NCBI GenBank assembly: GCA_900547555.1
Contig: URHG01000007.1
Location: 454 to 64,453, forward strand
Length of the DNA: 64,000 bases
Source of the DNA: an uncultured Porphyromonadaceae bacterium
GTDB lineage: Bacteria > Bacteroidota > Bacteroidia > Bacteroidales > UBA11471
Direction of reading: 5' to 3'
Shown here: positions 42,542 to 53,400 of the stretch, piece after piece
Layout: each line of letters opens with the position of its first letter
Numbering within the stretch: the first letter of the stretch is position 1
Position numbers and translations under genes: made by a program
Notes under the pieces: generated by a model
What the model saw: only the letters and a program-made list of their open reading frames with translations
Databases searched by the model: none
Told to the model about the DNA's origin: nothing

Positions 42542-44944
42542 ATGAAAATTTTCCATAGAAACGATTTTATGAAAACATTTTGCCTTTCAAGTCTGCTCCT
42601 TATTTTTATCATCGGTACATCAAAAGCCGATACATTCACGTTCGATCCCGATGGTCGTCCTCTCACCATCTATGTGGACGAAGAATCACCATCGGTCGTA
42701 CAATGCGCTCTCACCATGTTCTGCGACGACTACAAATGCGTTTTCGGTGATTCTCCACAAAGAGTGAACCGAGACAAAGCCGACATCATCGTAGAATGCA
42801 GTGAAAACGGCAATTGGGAACATTTCGACATCTCCGTCTCCCGACAAGGACGGCTCTATGTAAAAGGCAGCGATCCTCGCGGAACAGCATACGGCATACT
42901 GGAACTCTCACGCCTCATCGGTATATCTCCCTGGGTATGGTGGGCCGATGTTCCTCCGCAAAAGCTCAACAGTTACACTTTGCCCGACGGATACCACAAC
43001 AGCCAACAACCGTCGGTACAATACCGGGGAATTTTCATCAATGACGAAGACTACGGACTGAATCCGTGGAGTTGGAAAACACACGAACCGGAATCGGACA
43101 AGGGAAAAATAGGCCCTCGTACTTATGAACGGATATTCCAACTGCTGCTACGTTTACGCGCCAATATGCTCATGCCAGCCATGCACGATTGCAGTGTCCC
43201 GTTCTATATGGTCGAGGGAAACAAAGAAATGGCAGAAAAATATCAAATCGTCATGGCGACCTCCCACTGCGAACCGCTCATGCGCAACAATGTCGGAGAG
43301 TGGGACGACTCCCGACGCGGCCGATACAATTACATCTCCAACAGAGACTCGGTATTGGCTTACTGGCGGGAAAGACTGGTAGATATAGGGAAATCCGAAA
43401 ATATTTACACCATCGGTATGCGGGGAAAACACGACGGGAAAATGGAGGGGTGCAAAAACACAGCAGAGATGGCGCAAGTCATGCCCCGGGTTATCGAAGA
43501 CCAGCGTTCCCTCCTTTCCTTGTATGCAGACTCGCCGATCGATCAAGTTCCACAAGTATTCGTCCCCTATAAAGAGTTGCTCGACGTTTACAACAAGGGT
43601 ATCGACCTGCCCGATGATGTAACCCTCATGTGGTGCGACGACAATTACGGACACATCACCCGCCTGAGCAACAAAGAAGAACGCCAACGCAAAGGCGGTG
43701 CGGGAATTTATTACCATATATCTTATTGGGGGCGTCCTCACTCCTATCTCTGGTTATGTACGACCGCACCGGCACAAATCTATTACGAAATGCGTCGGGC
43801 ATGGGATTACGGAGCCCGCAAGATATGGGCGCTCAATGTAGGCGATATAAAGCCGGCCGAATACGACATAGAATTTTTCATGGACATGGCATGGAATATA
43901 GATGCCATACGCCCTGATAACATCTACCAGCATCTCCACGATTTCATGAGTCGCACTTTTACCCCGCAATCGGCACAAGAACTGACCGACATCATGAACG
44001 AATATTATTATCTGGCAAACATACGCCGTCCCGAATTCATGGGTTGGAGTCGCGAAGAAGAATATTCCAAAATCAAAGGTGGAAAAACGCCTGTTACCGA
44101 TACCGAGTTCTCGCCCGAAGAAATAGAGCAACGCATTACTGCTTATCAAAATCTCGAAAAACGGGTAAAAAATATCAAGAAACAGATTCCCAAAGAATTA
44201 CATGATTCATTTTTTCAACTTGTCGAATATCCGGTTTGTGGAGCAGCCAACATGAATTATAAATGGTTATATGCTCAAAAAGCCCGCCATGCCGATACTT
44301 ATGAAGAGGCACTCCGATATGAAACAGCCAGTATCAACGCCTACAACGCTATCGCAGCGCTCGACCGCCACTACAACTTCGACATGAACAAAGGAAAATG
44401 GAACGGCATCATCAGTATGAAAAACAACCGTCTTGTTTTTGAAAAATTCGAACTTCCGGAAAATTTTTCGCCACTGTCGCCGACAAAATATGCCGGAAAA
44501 GAAAAGTATATTTCCTGCGACGCAGCCGAACATAGCGGAAAAACGCCCCGGGGAGCATATAGCATCGAAGGGTTGGGATACAGTCGCCGGGCCATTGTAC
44601 TTCCGGCCGGAAAAACGCTTTCGTACCCATTCGAAACCAAAGAAAAAGGCGACGCAACAATATGGGTATCGCTTCTTCCCACCCACCCTGTAAACGGTGG
44701 CGATTTACGCTATGAAATATCGGTCGACGGAGGGACACCACAAATCGTTTCTTTCAAAACGACAGGACGATCGGAGCAATGGAAAATCAATGTACTCCGT
44801 AATCTCGTTCTCACATCGACCCGACATATACTACGAGATACAAACACACATACTATTCGGTTGAAAGCTCTCGACGAAGGCGTCGTCGTAGATCAACTCA
44901 TGCTCGACTTCGAACCGGAGAAGCCTTTCTATCGCATATTATAA
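42542..44944 (+). CDS. glycoside hydrolase family 115 (alpha-glucuronidase-like)
   Basis: 800 aa with signal peptide. The YRGIFINDED and HCEPLMRNN segments match my recollection of GH115. Confidence 0.75.
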   Translation: MKIFHRNDFMKTFCLSSLLLIFIIGTSKADTFTFDPDGRPLTIYVDEESPSVVQCALTMFCDDYKCVFGDSPQRVNRDKADIIVECSENGNWEHFDISVSRQGRLYVKGSDPRGTAYGILELSRLIGISPWVWWADVPPQKLNSYTLPDGYHNSQQPSVQYRGIFINDEDYGLNPWSWKTHEPESDKGKIGPRTYERIFQLLLRLRANMLMPAMHDCSVPFYMVEGNKEMAEKYQIVMATSHCEPLMRNNVGEWDDSRRGRYNYISNRDSVLAYWRERLVDIGKSENIYTIGMRGKHDGKMEGCKNTAEMAQVMPRVIEDQRSLLSLYADSPIDQVPQVFVPYKELLDVYNKGIDLPDDVTLMWCDDNYGHITRLSNKEERQRKGGAGIYYHISYWGRPHSYLWLCTTAPAQIYYEMRRAWDYGARKIWALNVGDIKPAEYDIEFFMDMAWNIDAIRPDNIYQHLHDFMSRTFTPQSAQELTDIMNEYYYLANIRRPEFMGWSREEEYSKIKGGKTPVTDTEFSPEEIEQRITAYQNLEKRVKNIKKQIPKELHDSFFQLVEYPVCGAANMNYKWLYAQKARHADTYEEALRYETASINAYNAIAALDRHYNFDMNKGKWNGIISMKNNRLVFEKFELPENFSPLSPTKYAGKEKYISCDAAEHSGKTPRGAYSIEGLGYSRRAIVLPAGKTLSYPFETKEKGDATIWVSLLPTHPVNGGDLRYEISVDGGTPQIVSFKTTGRSEQWKINVLRNLVLTSTRHILRDTNTHTIRLKALDEGVVVDQLMLDFEPEKPFYRIL

Positions 44945-44960
44945 TATAGTAAAATTATCA

Positions 44961-44995
44961 AAGAGGCGGCTTTGTATTTCCCAAAGCCGCCTCTT
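44961..44995 (+). terminator. terminator hairpin after GH115
   Basis: AAGAGGCGGCTTTG ... CAAAGCCGCCTCTT. Confidence 0.65.
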
Positions 44996-45190
44996 ATAGT
45001 GATACATTTCCTCTACCTTTCAAATCATCTTTGAATCATAAAGACATCTCACAGTTTACATTGTACAAAAATGTTGCAAAAACGTGTAATTTTTATCCAA
45101 TATTTGGTATAAAATAATTCATCCGTTAGATTTGTGAATCTATCATCCAATATATACGTCGCCTCCTGAAATTTAATAATACCACGAAAC

Positions 45191-46304
45191 ATGAAAAAAA
45201 ATTCTTATTGCATTCTCATTTTGTACTTCCTGTTTGTTTCTTTCAACGTATTCAGTATTAATGTATTCGACCAGGATAGAAAAAAGTTTTTCTCTTTTGA
45301 TGAAAAAATAATCAATGGTACTACCGGAACGCCCCTGGGTGGATTCGGTTGTGGCGGAATAAAATTCAATGCCAATACAGGTACGTTTGCAGTCATGACA
45401 GCCCCTCCGGCCGACGCTTACGATTTTATGGAGAAAAAGGGGACATACTTTCAACTATACACCGAACGAAACGGAAAAATAGAAACAAGAAAAATCTTAA
45501 CCGCCTCAAAAACAAATGATCGTCCGAACGACGATGCGATTTGGCCTTTGCACTTCGTAGATTTCGGTTGCATCAACGGCATACAAATATCATTGACCGG
45601 TATCTCACCATTGGATAACCAAAACTACGAAAACATGCATCTGCCCTATGCCCTATACGAAATCAGCCTCACCAATACAGGAAACACAGATGCGACAACG
45701 TCATTTGCTTTCCAATGGAACGACGATAAAACGCCTTTCATTAACCTACATAAAAAAGGATTTTACAATGACGAATGGTGTATTTTAGTGAAAAGCAATA
45801 TCGGAAAAGCAAAAATATCGATCGGCGATGATACCGACAACCACTTCTTATCCGACGGAGAATGTTCTCTATCCGACACCTCATCTCCGACAAGAAAAAT
45901 CGCTGTAAAAGCGACTTTAAATGCACATGAAACACAAAAAATACATCTTGTATTGGCTTGGTACAATCGAACGGATCCCGAAATAGCATTCTATAAAAAC
46001 AAATACCAAAATCCGAAAGGTATAGCAGAACATGGTATGAAGGTGTTCTCCTCCTTAAAAAACAATGCCGAAAAATTGGTAAACGGTATTCGAGAATCGA
46101 ACTTGCCCGATTGGTTAAAAAATCAGGCATTGAACACACTGGTCAATATCGTTACAAATTCCATGTACAAAAAAGACGGAAGAGTTGCATTCGCAGAAGG
46201 TCAATGGACCTGTTTTGGAACAATGGACCAAATGTGGTTATCGAGACAAATCATAAACATGTTGATACCCTATTATGCCTGGCAAGAACTCCACTACTGG
46301 GCAA
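45191..46304 (+). pseudogene. GH116-like (GBA2-type) glycosidase, 5' fragment interrupted by mobile element
   Basis: GTPLGGFGCGGIKFN resembles the GH116 N-terminal domain signature. The frame reads ...QELHYWA, then runs into foreign sequence and stops at 46322-46324. It continues in frame at 63281. Confidence 0.7.
46298..46304. repeat. left copy of 7-bp direct repeat TGGGCAA (target duplication / att core)
   Basis: An identical heptamer lies at 63281-63287, in the same reading-frame phase of the split gene. Confidence 0.65.
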
Positions 46305-46631
46305 CAAGATATAAAATTATATAACAAACTGATTTACTATATTTTATGGCGTGAATAAAAGAGTAGTTTTGTAATTTAGTACCATTTTAGCATCACTATT
46401 TAGCCATCGTAAATAGAATCAAGGGATGGCGCAAATGGCATAGGACAATTAACTTCTTTGGCTGCATAATCCACATTCGTTTACCGTCCTCAAATCAGTC
46501 AACACCTTCCGGAGATAATCAGACGGTTAATTTATAGCCACAACAAATAGATATTCGCTGATTTTATATTTGTATTGCGTAGTTTTTCTACAATAATCGT
46601 GTTTATAATTTGTTGTATGAGATTTTATTTG

Positions 46632-46639
46632 TATCTTTG
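46632..46639 (+). promoter_or_regulatory. -7 promoter box TATCTTTG upstream of the ATPase gene
   Basis: 29 nt before the ATG at 46668. Confidence 0.4.
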
Positions 46640-46667
46640 CACCATACAATAGATAAAATCAACGATT

Positions 46668-47966
46668 ATGATAGCAGAGTTCAGCATTGAGAATTTTTTC
46701 TCCATTAAGTCGGTTCAGAAAATCAGTTTTGAACCATCGGCAGATACTTATATGTCTGATGAGTACTCGTATGAAGTTAAGGACGGTGTAAGATTGCTGA
46801 AAGTGGGCATCATCTATGGTGCCAACGCTTCCGGTAAAACGAATATATTAAATGCCATTGAATTTTTCAAGATGCTGGTTTTGAGAATGCCTAAAGACAG
46901 GACTGAGAAAACCGGGGTTGTCCCTTTCATGTTAGATGACACTTCAAGAAACGAAAAGACAAAGATGTCAATGGTGTTCTATATCAATCAGTCGAAGTAC
47001 ATTCTTAGTTTTGAATTGGATGCAAAGCATATCTATTCCGAGACATTGATTGTTTATGATTCCATTCGCCCGACCAAGCTGTACAACCGAAGTTATGATG
47101 CCGCAACAGATTCCACGACCATTGACTTTGGCGTAAACCTGAAAATGACAAAGAAAAGCCAGGATGTGATTTCCGGCAACACTATCAATAATTGCAGTGT
47201 GCTTGCCGCATTTGGCAAAAGCAACGTGGAACGGACAAGGCTGAATGATGTGTACGATTATTTTGCCAAGCAGGTAAAAGATGTATTGGCTCCCGGTATG
47301 TTGCTTTCGGGATATGTCAAATCACGATTGGATAAAGACGAGGCAGGAGATTTGAAGAAATTCATTTTAAATTTCCTGAAAGCGTCCGATTTCAATATAG
47401 AAGATGTGGTATTACATGAAGAGGAAGAGCTGATTACACCTGAATTGGAACAACTGATTCAGAATGCCCCTATTGATAAAGATGCAAAGGCTGAAATGCT
47501 TAGAAAGGGGAAAATTACAAATACGGAACTGACCTTCAAGCATAAGGCAGGCGATAAAGTATATGATTTGTCGGAAGAATACGAGTCCAATGGCACCATG
47601 AGGTTCTTGGGAATGGCGGTGATACTGAATTTCTTGTTAAAGACCAATCGGTTTGTGCCCATTGATGAAGTGGAGACAAGTATTCATTATGAACTGTTGG
47701 CTTATTTCCTGAAAGTCTTTCTGGCAAACAGTAACGGAACATCCCAAATGCTTCTGACCACACACGACATCAATCTTCTCAACGAGGATTTCATTCGCCG
47801 TGATACGATATGGTTCACCGACAAAGACGAACTTGGCGAAACTAAAATAGTACGCCTATCTTCTTTGGGACTGCATAAGAATCTTTCCCCATACAATGCT
47901 TACAAGCAGGGAAAATTGGTAAAGTTGCCGTTCTTGGGTAGTCAGTATATCAACCTGAATGACTAA
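46668..47966 (+). CDS. AAA_21/ABC-type ATPase (AbiLi-like)
   Basis: Walker A GANASGKTN, Walker B-like VPIDEVETSIH, and LLTTHD (H-loop region). Confidence 0.75.
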   Translation: MIAEFSIENFFSIKSVQKISFEPSADTYMSDEYSYEVKDGVRLLKVGIIYGANASGKTNILNAIEFFKMLVLRMPKDRTEKTGVVPFMLDDTSRNEKTKMSMVFYINQSKYILSFELDAKHIYSETLIVYDSIRPTKLYNRSYDAATDSTTIDFGVNLKMTKKSQDVISGNTINNCSVLAAFGKSNVERTRLNDVYDYFAKQVKDVLAPGMLLSGYVKSRLDKDEAGDLKKFILNFLKASDFNIEDVVLHEEEELITPELEQLIQNAPIDKDAKAEMLRKGKITNTELTFKHKAGDKVYDLSEEYESNGTMRFLGMAVILNFLLKTNRFVPIDEVETSIHYELLAYFLKVFLANSNGTSQMLLTTHDINLLNEDFIRRDTIWFTDKDELGETKIVRLSSLGLHKNLSPYNAYKQGKLVKLPFLGSQYINLND

Positions 47967-48573
47967 TGATATGGGACGGACAGTAACAAAAAGTATCGCC
48001 ATCATAGGCGAAGGAGAAACGGAATGGTTCTATTTCGATTCTCTGAGAATTGCGTGTCGCTATCCTTTCAAGGTCGCTCCGGATTTTCCGCAGCATAGCG
48101 ACATCAATCATATACTGAAACTGGTAGAATCTTATTTGAACAAGCAATATGATTATATTGTATGCCTGTTTGATATGGACAGGCTGTATCAATATCCTTC
48201 CGAAATGCAGTTGTATCAGCGGGCAAAGAAAGAGTATAGCAAGAAGAAATATGCCGGAAAGGTGATGTTTATAGAAACGAATCCTTGCACGGAATTTTGG
48301 TTCTTGCTCCATTTCTTGCCTAATGTGGCCTGTCGGCGATATGAAAGTTACGACCAACTGCTTCCCGAATTGCAGAAATACATGCCGGGATATGAAAAGA
48401 CAAAACGATATTTCATACGCATCAACCTCTATAAATACCTGACAGAGAATGGTAATTTGGAACGGACGATGTTAAACTCAGAAAAGTTGTGCCAACTCTG
48501 CAAGGAATCGCCGGAGGATTTGAAGGCGTATTCGGAGGTACATAAGGTTATAAATCTGTTGAATAACGTGTAA
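47959..48573 (+). CDS. RloB-like protein (AbiLii-like)
   Basis: IAIIGEGETEWFYF matches the RloB N-terminal (C/G)EGxxTEx.YF motif. It overlaps the ATPase stop by 8 nt. Confidence 0.7.
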   Translation: MTNDMGRTVTKSIAIIGEGETEWFYFDSLRIACRYPFKVAPDFPQHSDINHILKLVESYLNKQYDYIVCLFDMDRLYQYPSEMQLYQRAKKEYSKKKYAGKVMFIETNPCTEFWFLLHFLPNVACRRYESYDQLLPELQKYMPGYEKTKRYFIRINLYKYLTENGNLERTMLNSEKLCQLCKESPEDLKAYSEVHKVINLLNNV

Positions 48574-48641
48574 AAGAGGTATTATATATTTCACTAATAA
48601 ATGCTAAATAGAATATTAACACCATATAAATAAAAGCAAGT

Positions 48642-50345
48642 ATGTCAAATAAAAATCTTACAAATAATCAACTTCTACTCAAAGAAATAATATCTCAAGA
48701 ATATGAAGACAACAATCAATTTGCCTCACTTGATACTTTTTTTGAATTATTTTCAGCGGGTCAAATATTAAAAGATTACGCATTTAGTAATGAAGAAATA
48801 GAAAGTGGCCTTACAGGCGGAGGAAATGATGGCGGTTGTGATACTGCCTACGTTCTCTTAAATAATGAAATTATTACTTCTGACCAAATAGAATCTCTTG
48901 ACTGTCCCAAGGGTTCATCTTTGCAGTTTATTATAATCCAGTCTAAGAATACATTGGGTTTTGGTGAAGATGCTATTATGAAATGGAAAACAATATCAGA
49001 TAATTTGTTAGAAATGTCTAATGACATAAACCAATATAAAGAAAGATATAGCGAGGGAATCAGAGATGTTTTCGTTTTGTTTCGCGACGCAATGACAAAA
49101 TTAATCACTAAGCAACTTAAAGTTTCTTTTAAGTATTATTACGTAACCTTGGGAATTGAAGTACATCCAAATGTATTGGCTCAGGCAGACGAACTTAAAG
49201 ATATTGTCCGAAAGAAATACCCTAGTGCTACAATTTCTGTACAGTTTGTAACAGCAGACGAACTAATGTTATTATATAATAGTGAACCTGATGTTAACAT
49301 AACTATAACTTTAGCCGACCAAGCTATTACACTTGGTAAACAGAATGAATATGTGACACTAATAAATATAGCAAACTACTATAAATTCATTACAGACTCC
49401 TCTGGTAATCTATTAAAAGGTATTTTTGAATCTAATGTTCGTGATTACCAAGGGAATAATTCGGTAAATTCATGCATAGCAAACACCTTAAAGAATAAAA
49501 ACGCAGAGGATTTTTGGTGGTTAAATAATGGTATTACCATATTGTCTGATAAAATCACGCCAATTACAAGCAAACAGTTATCTATTGATAATCCTGAAAT
49601 CGTTAATGGACTTCAAACGTCCACGGAGATATATAATTATTTTTCAGAAAACAAAGATAAGTTAGATAGTGAAAATAGGAATGTGCTTGTAAGATTTATA
49701 GTTCCAGATACAGAAGAGGTTCGTGATGATATTATATTTGCAACTAATAATCAAACCAATATCCCAAAATCTTCACTCAGAGTTACAGATGCAATACATC
49801 TCCAAATAGAGATGTTCTGTAAAACGAGAGGTTTATATTATGATAGGAGAAAGAATTATTATAAAAATCTCAAGAAAAAAGCTACAGATATTATTAGTGT
49901 ATCTTTCTTGGCTCAGTGTCTAATAACCCTATTATTAAGAAAACCAGATTTTGCTCGAGCACGACCATCAACATTGCTTACGGATGATAGAACATATAAT
50001 CAATTATATGCTGAGAATGGTAATTTATTAGTCTATTATAATGTTGGCAAACTCGGAAAGAAGGTGCAAGGCAATTTACGCAAGACGCCAGATTGGACCT
50101 CATCTGAAAAAAATGATGTACTATTTTATGTGCTATATGGTGTTGTTATAAAATTATTAGGTAAAACAGATATTAAACCTGTTGATATTGTAAACATAGA
50201 CTTAAATACAGTATCAGAAGAATTTATTGATTCAATAAAATGGAAGGTATATCATAAATACAAGGAATTGGGAGGCGATGGCCGTATTGCTAAAAGTCCT
50301 AATTTTATAACCTATATAGATAAAATTATAGGGGATAACGAATAA
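48642..50345 (+). CDS. AIPR (abortive infection phage resistance) family protein
   Basis: NVRDYQG...N, WWLNNGITI and IVNGLQTS motifs are typical of the AIPR C-terminal domain. Very AT-rich gene. Confidence 0.7.
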   Translation: MSNKNLTNNQLLLKEIISQEYEDNNQFASLDTFFELFSAGQILKDYAFSNEEIESGLTGGGNDGGCDTAYVLLNNEIITSDQIESLDCPKGSSLQFIIIQSKNTLGFGEDAIMKWKTISDNLLEMSNDINQYKERYSEGIRDVFVLFRDAMTKLITKQLKVSFKYYYVTLGIEVHPNVLAQADELKDIVRKKYPSATISVQFVTADELMLLYNSEPDVNITITLADQAITLGKQNEYVTLINIANYYKFITDSSGNLLKGIFESNVRDYQGNNSVNSCIANTLKNKNAEDFWWLNNGITILSDKITPITSKQLSIDNPEIVNGLQTSTEIYNYFSENKDKLDSENRNVLVRFIVPDTEEVRDDIIFATNNQTNIPKSSLRVTDAIHLQIEMFCKTRGLYYDRRKNYYKNLKKKATDIISVSFLAQCLITLLLRKPDFARARPSTLLTDDRTYNQLYAENGNLLVYYNVGKLGKKVQGNLRKTPDWTSSEKNDVLFYVLYGVVIKLLGKTDIKPVDIVNIDLNTVSEEFIDSIKWKVYHKYKELGGDGRIAKSPNFITYIDKIIGDNE

Positions 50346-50419
50346 TATAATATTGTGGATTTTCCTATAAATTGTATCAAGGAATGTACTCTATATTATT
50401 TATGAAGCAAATGAGTTTT

Positions 50420-50452
50420 AACGAGGGCAATAGTATGACGCTTGCCCTCGTT
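50420..50452. terminator. bidirectional terminator between the convergent AIPR and fusion genes
   Basis: AACGAGGGCAA ... TTGCCCTCGTT followed by TATTTTT. Confidence 0.65.
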
Positions 50453-50457
50453 TATTT

Positions 50458-53400
50458 TTACATCGGTTTTATCATTGATTCTATGAAAGTAATTTCTTCT
50501 TCTGAAAGTTCGTATTTCGCATAGAGTTGTCGGTCAATTTCGGCAACACTCTTTTCCCAATCAATGTCGGATTTTGAGGTAAAGTCTTGCAACGGAACAA
50601 AACGCCACGTTTCTTTACTATTATCTTGTGTAACTTTCAATATTCCAAGCAATGTTCTGGCAAATTTAGATTTGACATATTTCAGAGCAGCCATAGCTTC
50701 TGTTTGTTCATTAAATGTACCAATCCCTATAAAGGATTGCGTATAACCGATTAACGGTTCACCGATTAACGGAGTTGACAGCACCTCTCCTATAGCTCCA
50801 GTACCATTACTTTTAGGAACTATAACTTTCCATTTACCTAAACAAGGATGGTCTTCGATGAATGACGAATTTATCCATCTAATCTCTCTGACATTCTTTA
50901 TCAAACCAAGCATTTCAATATCCTCAGCCTGCATTTTTTGCACATGGAATATTTCACTAAGCCCAAAAATGGAAGTAGTTAAACGACGTTCATTACCATT
51001 GCTGCCAATTCTCGATTTTAATTCTGGATGTTCTTTATAAAGAATGCTTAAATCAAATTTGTTTTGCGGATATATAATGTTGCTTAAAGGAGTAAAGGTC
51101 TCATTATTAGCGACCACCTTTCGGTAAATACCATTAAGTTCTGAATATGCTGTAAATGAGCCAATCTTTCCAAAAGAGTAATTAGCGTCACGATAGCATA
51201 CAGCAACACCTCCTTTTATATCAACATTTGGGAAAACATCTGTACTTTTTGCTTTATACCATATTATCTTAAAATGCTCATCGTTAAGCATTTTAAGATT
51301 CCAATCATGGGGTGTCTTGCCTGCATCAAACAGATAACGTGCGGGAGTAATAAGAGTAGCCTTGTCTGATATTCTAAATGAGACATCCATAAAATAGTTG
51401 TAAACTGGAGTGTCGCTTGTCCGTTCTGTTATTATCTGATACGGTGGATTCCCCACTATCGCATTGATTTTCATATTCTTTATTCCTGTTCTGTCCGTAA
51501 TAAATTTATCTACCTGCTTGATAAAATGTTCCGGTTTGTTTTTGATTTGATTGATTAAGTCCTCGAAGTATCGGGTGTTTACCTTTGCTTTTCGGAAACC
51601 TATAAGGGTGCGTTTGGTAATGCTCTTTGCCATCGGAGTTTTGCAGATGACAAAGATGTTTTCAGCCACTACCTTGTCCCATATTCGTTGTTCATCTTCG
51701 ATACTTGACACCGAAAATAATGAGTTCTTGACCCTTGTGCGATAAATGCTATATGCCATATAAAGAGGATATAATCCAGACTTTGAATTTATTTCAAGGA
51801 TTCGTGAATCTGGGGCAAACACATTGGCTGTCACTTCGCCACGGTCAATGAAACGAGGGTCGGACAAGGTGGTTTCATAGTCCTTTTCAAAGAAGTTATA
51901 TCCTCCCAAACAATCGCCAAGGTGCATGTTCACCACACGCCAAGGCGTAAGCACCGTTTCCTTGTCGGGATTGCGGAACGTGCTGAATATATCCGTTATA
52001 CGCTCGATGCGTTCCTCCACACTAAGTTTGTCCGCGGCACGAGCCATGGCACGGATGCGCTTGCCTGCCGCACAGAATATCTCCGGATCGTAATATTTCT
52101 TTATGCTGTTGAACTTCTGTTTGGTTACGCCTTTGGGCATGAACTCCTCCCATGACTGAGAGTCAATGAGGGAAGCGAAGTTGTCAATGGTTATCTCTTG
52201 TGATTCATCTTGTAACTCTGCACCGTAGATAAGCAACGGCATACGGATGGAGATACCCCGAAGAATGGAGATGGCAGCCTCGCGGTTCTCCTTTTTCTTC
52301 TTTAGTTCCGCGAGACGCTGCTTTTCTTCCTCTGTCAATGGTTGCTTGTCCCTGCCTCTCTTCTTGGATTTCTTTTCAAGGTCTTCAAGTTCCTCGTATT
52401 GCTCATCGGTCAGTCCTTGGTTGTTGATGTCCACCTGATTGGTCTTTGGCATTGCCTTGGTTTGGCCGATAATCTTTTTCAGGTCGTCAAACTCCTGCAA
52501 TTCCAAGTCGTTGAGCTTCATCAACTCGTCATTATACAGGCTCCTGTCCTCGAAACCGTTGCGGACAACCCTTTCCACATAAACACGTTTAAGCTGTTCC
52601 AACATCTTGGGTACATCGAACTGGCTCATCTTGGAGCCTTCGATGGAGATAATCGGACAGAAGTTCAGGAACTCGCCCATAATCTTACGGTCGTTGCCGC
52701 TGGTCTTTCCTGCCTTGGCAGAAATCTTTGCTGTCTCGGCAATGACTTTCAGTGTTCTGTCAGGAGCGAAGTCAAACACATAACACTGCTCTTTGACCCT
52801 TCCGTTGATGGTGGCAGGTGTCTGCACACGGAAGATGGTCTGCATATAACTTGATGTGGCGGTATTATAAGAGCCGGACAACATGAATACGCCCGTCCAC
52901 GCCTTGACACTGACACCCGTGGTCAATCGTCCGCAAGACAAGGTAATGGTACGGGTGGCATCAGGGTCTTTGCCGATGGCTTCTTCCACCGCAGCAAGAG
53001 CATCCTTGCTCTCTTCGTCCTCGTCACCGTCTCCTGCCACATTCACCACCTTGAAATGCTGGAATACAGGATGTGATTGTAGTAAAGCACTCATGGCACG
53101 AGCCTCCTTCACACCCGGCAACATCCATAGCGTATGACGGAAGATGTTGCGGTATTCCTCGTTGGCAAACGGATAGCAACTGTCCTTGTCCTCCTTGGAG
53201 ATAAGATTCAAAAATGCCTTCACATCTTTTTCATGGATGAAAGTTCCGTTATCATTGACCCGAAAAAACTCTCGGAAGTTGAAAGCCACATCTTCATCCA
53301 CGAACTCATGGAGTAAGCGTCCAAGGTCGTAGGTATAGATGTTCATCGTAGGTAGAGAGGCGTATGGATTCGGATCACCGAAATGGGTCAAATCCCATGA

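Noticed and set aside
46327-46337. Sub-terminal direct repeat AACTGAT(T/A)TAC near both element ends (46327-46337 and 63222-63232) as possible integrase arm sites
   Set aside because: Only 10 of 11 bases match in AT-rich DNA, which could easily be chance. Recorded but not called.
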